Shown here: positions 47,771 through 60,532 of the stretch, one piece after another
Layout: each line of letters starts with the position of its first letter
How positions within the stretch are numbered: the first letter of the stretch is position 1
Source of the DNA: Octopus bimaculoides
Lineage: Eukaryota
Reading direction: 5' to 3'
Assembly: GCF_001194135.2 (NCBI RefSeq)
Contig: NC_068983.1
Coordinates: 49,885,940 to 49,949,939, forward strand
DNA: 64,000 nucleotides
Notes under the pieces: model-generated
Database searches by the model: none
What the model was told of the DNA's origin: nothing
Seen by the model: the letters and a program-made list of their open reading frames with translations, nothing else
Translations under genes and position numbers: made by a program

Positions 47771-47875
47771 TCAAAACTGATCGGATGGAATAAAATCTGA
47801 GCAGTTAATACATGAACAATAGCATCACTTCAATAGTAGAATCATAAACTGGAATCATAAACTGGAAAAAACAAA

Positions 47876-48226
47876 AATAATAATTGTTGTTGTTGTTGTT
47901 ATTAATTTTCTTATTTAACACAACATTGCTATCAGCTATCCAAAACCTTGGATTCACACAACACTCATCATTCAGATCTCAAAAACTTTGCAGATGATTT
48001 GTGCAGTTCCGAGCAACGCTGTTTTCTGTAGAGGCTCTGTCCTAACATCTATTCCTATCTTTTCAATCCAGATTGTGAGCTTTTTGCTTGTAATTCTTAG
48101 GGTTGCAACATCAACATGTACAATGCTCACCTTCTTCAACGACCTTAGTCTTTTTATTTCCCACTTCAAATCATCTTATTTGACATGCTTCTCATTGCTT
48201 TCCAATAATTTGTCATCACTAGAGAA
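47876..48226 (-). mobile_element. RLE LINE 3' end
   Basis: DDLKWEIKRLRSLKKVSIVHV.VATL..IEKIGIDVRTEPLQKTALLGTAQIICKVFEI*, UTR, CAA/TAA tail. Confidence 0.8.
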
Positions 48227-48227
48227 T

Positions 48228-48230
48228 TTC

Positions 48231-48267
<37 letters not shown>

Positions 48268-48420
48268 GTCATTTCATTTCTCATAGCTCTCAGTTTCACT
48301 TTCTCCAGTTAATTCTGTTAGAGCGGACAACAACCTGTTGTCAAGGGTCTCATGGGGTCATTTTCTATGATACTTGACATTCTAGTTCTGATCTCAAAAT
48401 CCTTGCTGTCCTCAACAAAG
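48228..48420 (-). mobile_element. RLE LINE 3' stub with (TAA)n tail
   Basis: Minus strand LL(R)TARILRSELEC, putative UTR, (TAA)n at 48228-48267. Confidence 0.6.
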
Positions 48421-48440
48421 CATTATTATTATCATCATTA

Positions 48441-48495
<55 letters not shown>

Positions 48496-48497
48496 TA

Positions 48498-48880
48498 TTG
48501 GCAAGCTGGCAGAATCATTAGCACATGGGACAAAACGCTTAACAATATTTCATCATCTTTACATTCTAAGCTAAAATTCTGCTGAGGTTAATTTTGCTTT
48601 TCATCATCTCAGGGTCGATAAAATAAATACCAGTTACGCACTGGGGTTGATGTAATTGATATATCTCCCAATCCAAACTTGCTGTCATTGTGCTATAATT
48701 AGTGATGATTATCATTATCAATATTATTATTATTATTATTAGTGAGGCGATGAGCATGCTGAATTATTAGTATGCCGGGCAAAATGCTTAGTGGTGTTTT
48801 GTCCGTCTTGATATTCCGAGATCAAATTCTGCCGAGGCTGACTCTACATTTCATTCTTTCAGGGTTGATAAATTAAGTAC
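48498..48880 (+). mobile_element. Two SINE family A copies
   Basis: GCTGGCAGAATCATTAGC.. and GATGAGCATGCTGAATTATTAG..GATCAAATTCTGCCGAGG..TTTCATTCTTTCAGGGTTGATAAATTAAGTACC. Confidence 0.8.
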
Positions 48881-48904
48881 CGCTTTGTCCTCAGGATTAT
48901 CCTT

Positions 48905-49170
48905 TTGATGGATTTTATTATAGAGTGTTCTAGCTATCATGTCTCATCATCGGTAGATAATACCATGATGACATTTTCGGACAACTGCTTATGATGTGTG
49001 TGATATCTTCAGTATGAACTCCACAAAGCCTGCATCTGTTATCACTTTTTACTGCTTTTCCTGCATCTCTGTCCCTTTTGTGCATCAGGTACTTGGTTGA
49101 TATTTCCTGTTCCTGGATTGTAAATGCATACTCTTCAAAGTGAGAGGTAGTAATCCGGCTATAGGTCCAT
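48905..49170 (-). mobile_element. RLE LINE zinc-knuckle fragment
   Basis: WTYSRITTSHFEEYAFTIQEQEISTKYLMHKRD..NRCRLCGVHTEDITHIISSCPKMSSWYYLPMRHD. Confidence 0.85.
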
Positions 49171-49249
49171 GATAAACTGCTTTATGTATGTATGTATGTA
49201 TGTATGTATGTATGTATGTATGTATGTATGTATCAATCTATCTATCTAC

Positions 49250-49281
<32 letters not shown>

Positions 49282-49857
49282 GTTTCTTTCTTTCTATCTA
49301 TCTATTTATCTGTCTATATGTATATATGTATGTATCTATGTATGTATCAATCTATCTACCTAGCTATCTATATATCTATCTATTTTTCTATCAGTTTATG
49401 TATGTATGTATCTATCTATTCATTTATCTATCTATTTGTATGTATGTATATGTAGGTATGCATATGTATGTATGTATGTGTATGTATGCATGTTTGTATA
49501 CAAATTTTATTTGGTTCATTTGAAGCAGTGAGAAGTTTGAAAATAAATATTTAAGAAGCTGCTAGAAGGCTAATGGAATTATAAATAATAGTTGTCTGTA
49601 TACAAGATAATAAATCTTTTTCTTTGGAAACAAGTGAATAGAATTAATTATGGAACCAAAATCACATATATGTCATATAGCAGATGACCATGATAAACAT
49701 TACACCAAAGCAACCTGACAACTTCCAAGCATCGAATTTAGGAGAGTCACCTGGATAAGCTAGATTGCAAATATTTTCATTTTGTTCGTTTCAAACATTG
49801 ACAAACTTGAAAAGAAATATTTAACTAGCTGCTAATAGAGCTATCAATAATAGATCG

Positions 49858-49980
49858 AGGTGCAGGTGTAGCTGTGTGGTTAAGATTCTTGTGTTGCAAC
49901 CATGTGGTTTCAGATTCTGCCACACTATGACTTGTGAGTGAATTTGGCAGACAGAAACTGTGTAGAAGCTCATAGTATAT
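49858..49980 (+). mobile_element. SINE family B head
   Basis: GCAGGTGTAGCTGTGTGGTTAAG..CAACCATGTGG..TTGTGAGTGAATTTGGCAGACAGAAACTG. Confidence 0.7.
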
Positions 49981-50038
49981 ATGTGCGCACCTTTCATATG
50001 TACACATGTGTGTGTGCCACTGTGTATGTATAAATATA

Positions 50039-50095
<57 letters not shown>

Positions 50096-50654
50096 NNNNN
50101 NNNNNNNNNNNNNNNNNNNNNNNNNNNNNNNNNNNNNNNNNNNNNNNNNNNNNNNNNNNNNNNNNNNNNNNNNNNNNNNNNNNNNNNNNNNNNNNNNNNN
50201 NNNNNNNNNNNNNNNNNNNNNNNNNNNNNNNNNNNNNNNNNNNNNNNNNNNNNNNNNNNNNNNNNNNNNNNNNNNNNNNNNNNNNNNNNNNNNNNNNNNN
50301 NNNNNNNNNNNNNNNNNNNNNNNNNNNNNNNNNNNNNNNNNNNNNNNNNNNNNNNNNNNNNNNNNNNNNNNNNNNNNNNNNNNNNNNNNNNNNNNNNNNN
50401 NNNNNNNNNNNNNNNNNNNNNNNNNNNNNNNNNNNNNNNNNNNNNNNNNNNNNNNNNNNNNNNNNNNNNNNNNNNNNNNNNNNNNNNNNNNNNNNNNNNN
50501 NNNNNNNNNNNNNNNNNNNNNNNNNNNNNNNNNNNNNNNNNNNNNNNNNNNNNNNNNNNNNNNNNNNNNNNNNNNNNNNNNNNNNNNNNNNNNNNNNNNN
50601 NNNNNNNNNNNNNNNNNNNNNNNNNNNNNNNNNNNNNNNNNNNNNNNNNNNNNN

Positions 50655-50990
50655 TTCTAACTAGTCGTTTCGAAGATAAGACAGAACGTACTCTAGAATA
50701 GTCTCTTCCTGAGTAGTGGATCAACCCACTACACAGAGGGTTCCAATGTGGCAAACACAAACGAAGACAGGAAAAATTGGACAGTGAAAACAACATTCAA
50801 AAGCCGTACGGCCAAACGCGAATCTGAGGTAGAACGCTAGTAGTTCGTCTTGCCTTCACAGCGGTTGGAGTGAAAAGAAAGTTGACCACAGGTCACACGA
50901 GAGCAGAGAGGATGGTGGAGGGAGGAAGTGGAACAAGGAGGAAGGGACAGAAGGGTATAGCAGTGAAGTAGAGGCCAGGAGAGAGGGATA
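50655..50990 (-). mobile_element. Probable Penelope-like 3' end/pLTR remnant with degenerate hammerhead
   Basis: Minus strand ends in a PYG(L)N-like motif after V.CG.LSFHS; downstream ACUA CUCAGGA AGAG..CUUC GAAACGAC UAGU (50717-50660). Confidence 0.45.
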
Positions 50991-51433
50991 GATAGAACGA
51001 TATATATATACACACATACACACATACACATATATACATATATGTAATTATCGAAGTTGGGAGATAAGTCCTGCTAGATATAAAGTAAGTCTCAGAGGAG
51101 GACCTAAGAACATATAGTGTTTCCAACAATTAATTTTGTCTTAATACATGATGTACATAGGTCCAGAGAATATAAACCAAAGTTAACAATGGAAAATTGG
51201 TATATTAATTAATTATCTATTTATTCTTATATCTATAAAATCCATGAAATATAGACATTAATAATTAAATAAAATATCAGAAATATGGTTCAGCTGATTT
51301 GCCAAGAGAACATCCATTTCAATTACATAGTTAAATAATTAAAAAATTAATCAATACACTCTAGTTAGTAAAACTGCTTCATCAAGGAATTAAAGAGAAA
51401 GTTCCTGGTTACAGCATTTGAAATTGTCATATA

Positions 51434-51471
<38 letters not shown>

Positions 51472-52271
51472 NNNNNNNNNNNNNNNNNNNNNNNNNNNNN
51501 NNNNNNNNNNNNNNNNNNNNNNNNNNNNNNNNNNNNNNNNNNNNNNNNNNNNNNNNNNNNNNNNNNNNNNNNNNNNNNNNNNNNNNNNNNNNNNNNNNNN
51601 NNNNNNNNNNNNNNNNNNNNNNNNNNNNNNNNNNNNNNNNNNNNNNNNNNNNNNNNNNNNNNNNNNNNNNNNNNNNNNNNNNNNNNNNNNNNNNNNNNNN
51701 NNNNNNNNNNNNNNNNNNNNNNNNNNNNNNNNNNNNNNNNNNNNNNNNNNNNNNNNNNNNNNNNNNNNNNNNNNNNNNNNNNNNNNNNNNNNNNNNNNNN
51801 NNNNNNNNNNNNNNNNNNNNNNNNNNNNNNNNNNNNNNNNNNNNNNNNNNNNNNNNNNNNNNNNNNNNNNNNNNNNNNNNNNNNNNNNNNNNNNNNNNNN
51901 NNNNNNNNNNNNNNNNNNNNNNNNNNNNNNNNNNNNNNNNNNNNNNNNNNNNNNNNNNNNNNNNNNNNNNNNNNNNNNNNNNNNNNNNNNNNNNNNNNNN
52001 NNNNNNNNNNNNNNNNNNNNNNNNNNNNNNNNNNNNNNNNNNNNNNNNNNNNNNNNNNNNNNNNNNNNNNNNNNNNNNNNNNNNNNNNNNNNNNNNNNNN
52101 NNNNNNNNNNNNNNNNNNNNNNNNNNNNNNNNNNNNNNNNNNNNNNNNNNNNNNNNNNNNNNNNNNNNNNNNNNNNNNNNNNNNNNNNNNNNNNNNNNNN
52201 NNNNNNNNNNNNNNNNNNNNNNNNNNNNNNNNNNNNNNNNNNNNNNNNNNNNNNNNNNNNNNNNNNNNNNN

Positions 52272-52303
<32 letters not shown>

Positions 52304-52740
52304 GGAACAAAAATGCAATAGAGGACGATAAAACATTCAGACAGATAGACGATACAAAGGCAGACAGAAGAAACAACAATTAGAAGGACAGGGAAAAAAA
52401 GACGGGTCATTCGTGGTCTTCTTTCCTCAGTCAAGTTACCACAAATCCTTACTGTTTCGGGCAGTTACACACGAGACAGTTCGAACTGGTTGCCCCCCCC
52501 CCCAAAGTCTAAGGTAAGAGCATTAGATTTTTTTGTAAGAAAGCCAGTGAATGTGTACAGCAACAAAGACAAAAAACAGAGAACATGGTACACAATTACG
52601 AATACAAACAACAAGAATGTAACAACAGGTGTCTTTCGACTGAGAACGAATCAAATTGAGCTGGCGTGTCCAAAGTGAAAGCCAAAAGGAACATAAGAGA
52701 TGGACATAAGAGGTGTTGGCAATACACACTTGTGCTCACC

Positions 52741-52783
<43 letters not shown>

Positions 52784-52799
52784 NNNNNNNNNNATATAT

Positions 52800-53245
52800 A
52801 TCATCATCATCATCATCATCATCATTTAACGTCTGCTTTCCATACTAGCCTAGTTTGAACGATTTGACTGGGTATTAGCAAACCAGATGGCTGAACCAGA
52901 CTCCAATCTGATTTGGCAGAGTTTCTACAGTTGGATGCCCTTCCTAACGCCAACCACTCCGAGAGTGTAGTGGGTGCTTTTTACGTGCCACCGGCATGAG
53001 GGCCAGTCCGGTGGTACTGGCAACGGCCACGCTCAAATGGTGTTTTTTTACATGTCACCTGCACAGGAGTCAGTCCAATGTTTTGCTCACATGCCACTGG
53101 CACAAGTGCTAGTAAGGCCAAGCTGGAAATGATCGCACTCAAATGGTGCTTTTTACATGCCACCGGCACGGAAGCGAGACCGCTGCAGTGACACTGATCC
53201 TGCTTGGATGCTGCTGTTAATGCTCCACTGGCACAGGTGCCAGCT
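52800..53245 (-). mobile_element. SINE family C with internal repeat array
   Basis: CATTTAACGTCTGCTTTCCATACTAGC..GGATGCCCTTCCTAACGCCAACCACTCCGAGAG..repeated GTGCCACCGGCA/CTCAAATGGTG units. Confidence 0.9.
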
Positions 53246-55084
53246 GTAAATAACTGTTAAATTAAATTTATGGATGTGAAAAATCTCTATTCTCCTTATC
53301 ATTATTAATATTACACACACACACACATGTATTTGTATGTATATACTGTATATGTGTGCATGTATATGCATATATAAGTGGTGGATGATGGAGAATTTGA
53401 TTGGCTCTACCTTTCAAGGCAGTGTGTTCGTCTGGCCTAAGTTCAATGATCGAAAAATGTAAAAGATAAAAGTTAGATGTTATTTCTGGTTATATAAACC
53501 TCTGGTGATGGAAAGTGTGAGACAGAATCACCTACAGGAAATGAACCATCAACCTATTTGACTATGATAGCCATTATACAAAAGTAACCTGACAACTGAC
53601 AAACCTCAAAACTAGAAGCTACTGGTTTTGAGGTTTGTGAGCATGCTGCTTTTGTAATTTGAATGACAGAAAATCGCTCCAGTGGATGTGTTTCTGTTGG
53701 TATGTTTAACAAAGTTCACATGAGTTGTTTCAATAGAGCCTATTAACTGAAAATACAAATAGCTTATATCGAATATTTGGCTGTGTGATGTGTCTTTGTC
53801 AAAGTCATTCAATCTTCAATAGCACAATCCCGTTTGTAAATAAAAGCAATGAGCAGTACAACTCATTAATGCATGCAGATGGGGGTGTTTTATATTTGAT
53901 GTGTTTCATTTACTCACAGTTCACAAGTCAATAGGAACCCTCTCTGGAGAAGATTCTCTGCGGTGTTTGTATGTGATATCCAATGCATCACATCTTGTTA
54001 TATAGCAAACCATACAATGAAAGATTTATATAAGTGTGCATGACTTAAACAATACAGACTGTTATTTTATCCTAATTATGCACTAATTACTCTTAGCTTT
54101 AGTAACAGTTAATATAATTTTACAGTATTTAGTTTTATCCTTTAAAATTTGAGCTCACTTCTTGGCAAGAGTTACTTTGCTTTTTGTCCACCAGCCATTG
54201 CGAAAAGAAGTGCTCATAATACATTCGTTTTATTTAATTAACTCCGCCATTTACCTGTTAAAATTGGATTTGATCCTTGTCAAATGAAGTAATTTTTGAA
54301 AAATTTTACTAATAAAATTGAAATGCACTTTATTTCAGTATAAGCTGTAAACATTTGAAAAGGAATTTTAGAAGGAATTCAATATAATAAATTTGGTAAA
54401 ATTACTGGTTATTTGAGTTGAAGGATAGGAATGAACAATTTGTCATTGTAATGACTATTTTAACTGTGTGAATGGAACCAGAAAAATTGAAAAATCCTTA
54501 GACACATGCCATAATAGTTAAACATGCAATTACTGTGATTATTTTGTTTGCAAATATCTTGATCCATTGGAAATGCAAGGTAACAAAAACAGCAAGGTTC
54601 TTCCTTCATGCTGTGTACCAAGTGACATTATAGAATTATAACTGTAATTCCCCCCTGATATGTTTGCAGAGAATTTAATTCTTTCAGCAATTCTTGAAAT
54701 GATTAATACTATTTTATGCAAGGCCAACTGAAAAATAATTGCATGAAATTCTATTGTCTCGTGGCACACAATTTCTGCTGATTCACAGTTACTGTTAGAA
54801 TTTTAGATTTGCAGTTGTTTGCTGTAATGTAACAACAGAAACAACAGCGTAAATACAAAGACAAGCAGAAACGTATGTACATAAAACCATGTTTAGTACA
54901 AATAGTAAAGGTAGCAAATTATATACTTTTAACTTTATAATTAGATCACTGTGGAGAGACTGAAGGAGAGAGATACTGGTGGCAAATTTACAGTTTCTAT
55001 TTGTGCTTTCTCAATACCAGACAACCATTTAATGGTTGTATTTCACTTGGGTGCTGTTGTTATATAATTACCATGGCATTTTAC

Positions 55085-55170
55085 TTCTACCACTGCTGCT
55101 GCTGCTGCTTCTACTACTACTACTACTATTACTACTGCTGCTGCTGCTGCTACTACTGCTGCTACTACTA

Positions 55171-55205
<35 letters not shown>

Positions 55206-55229
55206 ACTACTACTGCTGCTACTACTACT

Positions 55230-55261
<32 letters not shown>

Positions 55262-55271
55262 TTGTTGCTAT

Positions 55272-55319
<48 letters not shown>

Positions 55320-55335
55320 CAATACTACTACAGGA
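55085..55335. repeat. Compound (CTA)n/(CTG)n trinucleotide array
   Basis: Alternating ACT and GCT runs. Confidence 0.95.
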
Positions 55336-56042
55336 TAAAATGCAGTGTAAAGCGATAATGACATTCCCATGAGTTGAAGAGGAGATTTCTATTTGAGAAA
55401 GTCTTACTTGAAGCCACTGTTCACCTGGATGGTTGAAATGCTTGTGCCTTGGTAGAATATTTCAAATTCTATTATAGTTTTTAACACAGCATTTCTACAC
55501 AAGATGTTTTCTCGAGATGAATACTACAGTTTCAAGGCTTTCTACAGTATATCTATGTTAAGCATGATGCACAAAATGCTAATCTGAACTAATACTGATT
55601 CCATCATACATAATTAATTGCTAATCAGCCTTCCAGCTAATTGCAATGCAAGTCATTAGCTAATCACTGCTTTTCTATCTCAATAAAGGTTAAATTTGTT
55701 TGGTATATCAACATATTCTTTACAGTTAATTATACAACAAAATTGGCTTAAATATGACCAACATATGTTTCTGCTGCATTGAGAACTAGCAATTGCATTT
55801 GTATGCAGCTATTTTCAACTATCCACCTTTATTCAAGGTCTGTCCATGCTCGCCATAAATAATCCGAGCTGCTCCTTACTACTTAATACAGTTAATCTGA
55901 ATCTGGATTATAACTGAGTGCTTGTATAATACCTGGATAATTTATCCCTGTATACTCATTATGTATATGTGTATATATATANNNNNNNNNNNNNNNNNNN
56001 NNNNNNNNNNNNNNNNNNNNNNNNNNNNNNNNNNNNNNNNNN

Positions 56043-56410
56043 TGTTTCAGTCATTTGACTGTGGCCATGCTGGAGCACCACCTTTAGTCAAGCAAGTCGA
56101 TCCCAGGACTTATTCTTTGTAAGCCTAGTACTTATTCTATCGGTCTCTTTTGCCAAACCGCTAAGATACAAGGACCTAAACACACCAGCACCAGTTTTCA
56201 AGCAATGTTGGGGGGACAAACACAGACACAAAGATACACACACACACATACACACACACACTTATATATACAACGGGCTTCTTTCAGTTTCTGTCTACCA
56301 AATCCACTCACAGGGCTTTGCTCAGCCCCAGGCTACAGTAGAAGACACTTGCCCAAAGTGCCACACAGTGGAACTGAACCCAGAACCGTGTGGTTGGGAA
56401 GCAAGCCAGT
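56043..56410 (-). mobile_element. SINE family B, near full length
   Basis: TGTTTCAGTCATTTGACTGTGGCCATGCTGGAGCACC...CTTCTTTCAGTTTC..CCCAAAGTGCCAC..GAACTGAACCCAGAACC. Confidence 0.9.
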
Positions 56411-56694
56411 CAAACAAATCGCTGAATCTCTCTGAGAACTACGTTAAGGGTACCCATGTCTGTGGAGTACTCAGCCATTTGCACATTAATTTCATAAGAA
56501 GGCAGTTCCATCAACTAGATCAACTGGAACATTGACAGAAACAGATGACAGACCAGTCAGATACAATTACCTTTTATACATACATACATACATAAACATA
56601 CATACATACATGCAAACATACATACATACATACATACATACGTACGTACATACATACACACATACATATATACACACACATACATATATATATT

Positions 56695-56850
56695 ATGGAC
56701 TTCTTCCAGTTTCCGTCTACCAAACCCACTCAGAAGGCTTTGGTCAGCCTGAAGCCATAATAGAAAACACTTGCCCATGGTGGCACACAGTAAGACTGAA
56801 CCCCAAACCACATGGTTGGGAAGCAAACTTCTAACCACACAGCCATTTAT
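56695..56850 (-). mobile_element. SINE family B head
   Basis: CTTCTTCCAGTTTCCGTCTACC..CACTTGCCCATGGTGGCAC..ACTGAACCCC.AACCACATGGTTGG..CCACACAGCCA. Confidence 0.85.
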
Positions 56851-56983
56851 TTCATTTCTCTACTGCAAAATGACAGGATATGGATTGACGGGGGTTTTCC
56901 AATGTATACATTGCTACTATAGCTCTGGGCCAGCTAAAGCCTTCTCAGTGGATTTCTTTGGTGGAAAGTTAATGAAGCTCATC

Positions 56984-57039
<56 letters not shown>

Positions 57040-57064
57040 TTATACGTGTGTGTGTCTTTATGTT

Positions 57065-57670
57065 TCATTACATTCTGAGTTCAAATGTTGCCGAGGTTGA
57101 CTTTGTTGTTCATCCTTTCAGGGTTGGTAAAGTAAGTACCAGTCATATACTGAGGTGGATGAAATTGACTTACCCACCTCCCTCGAAATTACTGATCTTG
57201 TGCCAAAATCAGAAAGAGTTATCACAATTTAAATTCCTCTTGCATTTTTTTTTACCCTTTCTATTTAGTCATTGGGGTATGTGGATATATACATAGACAA
57301 GAAGGCTATGGTTGGAACGTCTTTGAGTTGGCCTGAGGTTTGACAAGAATTGGTGGATTGAATAGGATTACCTATGTTCAGTCCACAGCTAGAAGAAAGT
57401 CTTGGGACATTCTCCACTGAAATCATGCTGGTTTGATTAGCCTACTCTGCCATACTGGCTCAACATGGGTTGGCAGCAGGGTGCAGTTTTATATTCTTCC
57501 CCAGGAGTATTTAAGTCAATTACACCAACCCCAGTACTTAACTGGTATCTATTTTATCAAGCTTGAATGGATGAAAGGCAAAAATCAACCTTAGTAAAGT
57601 TTGAACTCAGAATGAAAAGATGGACAAACTACTGCTGAACTTCTTGCCCTGTGTGGTAACATTTCTAGGC
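57065..57670. mobile_element. Two SINE family A copies in opposite orientation (+ 57065-57220, - 57500-57670)
   Basis: TTCTGAGTTCAAATGTTGCCGAGG..; GGATGAAAGGCAAA..TTTGAACTCAGAAT. Confidence 0.75.
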
Positions 57671-59069
57671 GCTCAGACATAGGAGGAGAAAGTAAGGGCG
57701 TAGGAGGAGAATGGAAGTTTATTTTATGAGATTCATTTCTTTCTTATGACTATTGCTAATAAACAATCATTGCTAATAAATGACTGTTGCTCAGAAATCA
57801 AATAAAAAGCAACAGATGCAAATCAGTTTGTCGACGTCTTGAGAATGTACAACTAATCCTTGGTGTTCAGATTTTCTCTTTTAACATTTAATATGCATTC
57901 AGTTGTAATACAGCATTAAATTAAATTCATTACATTAAAACATATTTAATTAGAACATATTTAATTAAAGCATACTAAATTGATTTAAGCTGTGAAGTTG
58001 TTTCATATGATATTAATTGCATAAATCTTCCTGAAGAAAATGTTTACACAAGTTGATTACTGAAGATTTGTCCACTAATAAAAATGCCTTCCTGGATTTT
58101 GAATTTGATCATAATATTATTGTTTTGTTCATTTTTTACTAATTACAGTTTTGTCAACATTACACAGCTGATGACATTCCCAAGATGATACCAAACCAAT
58201 GAAAGAACCTACATGCGGTCATGCAATGTGCTGGAGGTATTAGCCAAAATCTCCCTCAGCACATTTACTATCTTAGATAAATTTTTGGACATGTTTACAT
58301 GGAAGATTGGAATGAAAGACACCACTTGTATTATGATAATTCTCATTTGCGACCATCATTCATTGTCTGGTAGCCCAACTATATATGCATCCATAAACAC
58401 AGATATACATATAAATATATACATGTATTTTTGTCCCTGAATGATGCCAGGTACTGTGTATCTTCCCTTGAATGAGTTGCAAATCGTTCTGATATATGTC
58501 TTTATTACTCTGTTGGAGTCTGTGATTTTGGCCTAACAAAGAAGTTCTTTTTTCCAGAAAGCTATTATTTAGAGGACAGCAGTTCAGAGATCTACATTTA
58601 CAATGTCTTTCAGAGCTATTCCTGGTTGAGTCATTTTTAATATTATTGTGTATCATTGACCCTATTTGGGGGGACAACTATAACTAACTTTAACAATGTT
58701 TCTATTGAAGATCTTATGGTATTTGTGTGAGTATGGGAAGTGATTGCATATTAGTTTTAAGAATTTTCTAGCTATGTCAGGTGGGTTAAGAATTTTCTAG
58801 CTATAAGGTGGGTTTTAAGAATTTTCTAGCTATAAGATGGGTTAAAACATAACAGTTTTATCTGTGTGTGTCTTCTTAGTGTATCTACATTCCATGTAAG
58901 TGGTAACAATGAAACCGTGTATGTGGCTAATCATTATATTTTGTATCTTTTCATTTGTCTTGCTCGTTTACATTCTGGCTGAATTTTCTTGAGAACAATC
59001 TTTCCTTAGTGGTCAGACCATATCTGGTCTACATCTAGCATATTAGATGTCCACTTAGTGGCCATCCCT

Positions 59070-59130
<61 letters not shown>

Positions 59131-59285
59131 TGGTTTCTTTCAGTTTTACAAGGCTTTTGCCCAAGTATCATGTGATAATATCTTCCTACACACCACTAAA
59201 ATGGCAGGATAGCAAAATACGTGCTTAATTTAGCATGGAGGGTCATTAGACCAGAACGAGGGGAAAATAGTGAATGCTGAGAGAA

Positions 59286-59527
59286 AAGGTTGGCCAAAAG
59301 TCACCTGACAATAAATGAAAACCGATTTAAATCCAAGATTAAAACAAAAAAATTACTTTATACAAGACTTTATTAATAAATAGACAAATGTTGAAAGAAA
59401 AAGAATGGTGACTTTAATGCACTGCATTCAATTATCAAACATTCACAATTGAAATGAATAAATAAAATTGAATATTAAGTATTTATGGAATTCTGATTTT
59501 CTGTCAGGTGACTTTTGGTCAAACTTG
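59286..59527. mobile_element. Short MITE-like element with ~25-bp terminal inverted repeats
   Basis: AAGGTTGGCCAAAAGTCACCTGACA (59286-59310) versus TGTCAGGTGACTTTTGGTCAAACTT (59502-59526), 2 mismatches; TA follows the right end only. Confidence 0.6.
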
Positions 59528-59924
59528 TATAGCATAGTGTCCTAATATTTCTATAAATTGAATCTCCTCTCAATAAACATTACTTTTGCTGAAATTCAAG
59601 GCCGGTCAAGATTACTAAAAGTCGGAATAAATGATAAAATCAATCACGTTATATTATGTTATTGATTCTTTTGAAATGAAAGATGAAGTAAGTGCAACCA
59701 CTATTTAACTTCAGAACGTGGGAGCTTAATATGGTGAGTAAGTTAGTGCAATGCTTTCTCATTTTCGGCAGCTGATTGTTCCCTTTCTGGGATTTTTTGT
59801 ATTTTTTTTATTTTATGTATTCCTCCTTCCATTTCTTTCATGGTACATTTTTCACCTTATCTTGTTTATTACCATCACAGAGTAAAACATGAATGGTATA
59901 TTGGCTGATGTAGTCTGCTGCATG

Positions 59925-60418
59925 GAGGAGGAAGGGGGGAGGAGGAGGAGGAAAGGAAGAAGAAGAAGAAGAAGAAGAAGAAGAAAGAGGAGGAGGAGAA
60001 AAAGAAGGAGGAGAAGAAGAAGAAAGACATGGTGGTGGAGGAGGAAGAGAAAGAGGGGAAAAAGGAGGAGAAAGAAGAAGGCAGTGAAGGAGGACAATGA
60101 GGAAGAGAAGAAAATGGAGGTGAAGGAGGGGAAGAGGGGGAGGGGGAGAAGAAAATGACGGTGGGAGAAAGGAGGAGAAAGAGGGGAAGGAGGAGGAGGA
60201 AGAAGAGAGGAAGGAGGAGGAGGAGGAAGAAGAGAGGAAGGAGGCGAAGGAAGAGGAGGAAGAAAAGAAAGAGGAGGAAAGAGGAAGAGAAGAAGGAGGA
60301 AGAGAAGGAGGAGCAAGAGGAAGAAAAGAAGAAAAAGAAGAAGAAAAAAAGAAGAAGAAAGAGAAGAAGAAAGAGAAGAAGAAGAGGAAGAGGAAGAAGA
60401 AGAAATGGAGAGATGAGA
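59925..60418. repeat. Polypurine GAA/GAG low-complexity tract
   Basis: About 490 bp almost entirely G/A on the + strand. Confidence 0.95.
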
Positions 60419-60532
60419 TGATTATGGCCTTGATACCTTTGATCCTGGGTCTCTTTGATTAGGACTGAAGGGGAAGCCAACATCAACAACAATGACAACA
60501 ACTGAAGCTAAAATGAAGGAAGCACTACATAG

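Noticed and set aside
52395-52480. CUGAGGA and GAAAC on the minus strand
   Set aside because: Helices I and II cannot be formed in either permutation; left as an unclassified repeat.
58185-58240. RING-like PTCGHAMCW string
   Set aside because: In-frame stops just upstream, weak acceptor, remaining ligands absent.
58505-58640. Kinase-like VCDFGLTKK string on the + strand
   Set aside because: No HRD or APE motifs, stops nearby on both sides, no suitable splice sites; probably chance.
59852-60501. Arg/Lys/Glu-rich ORFs
   Set aside because: Polypurine microsatellite.
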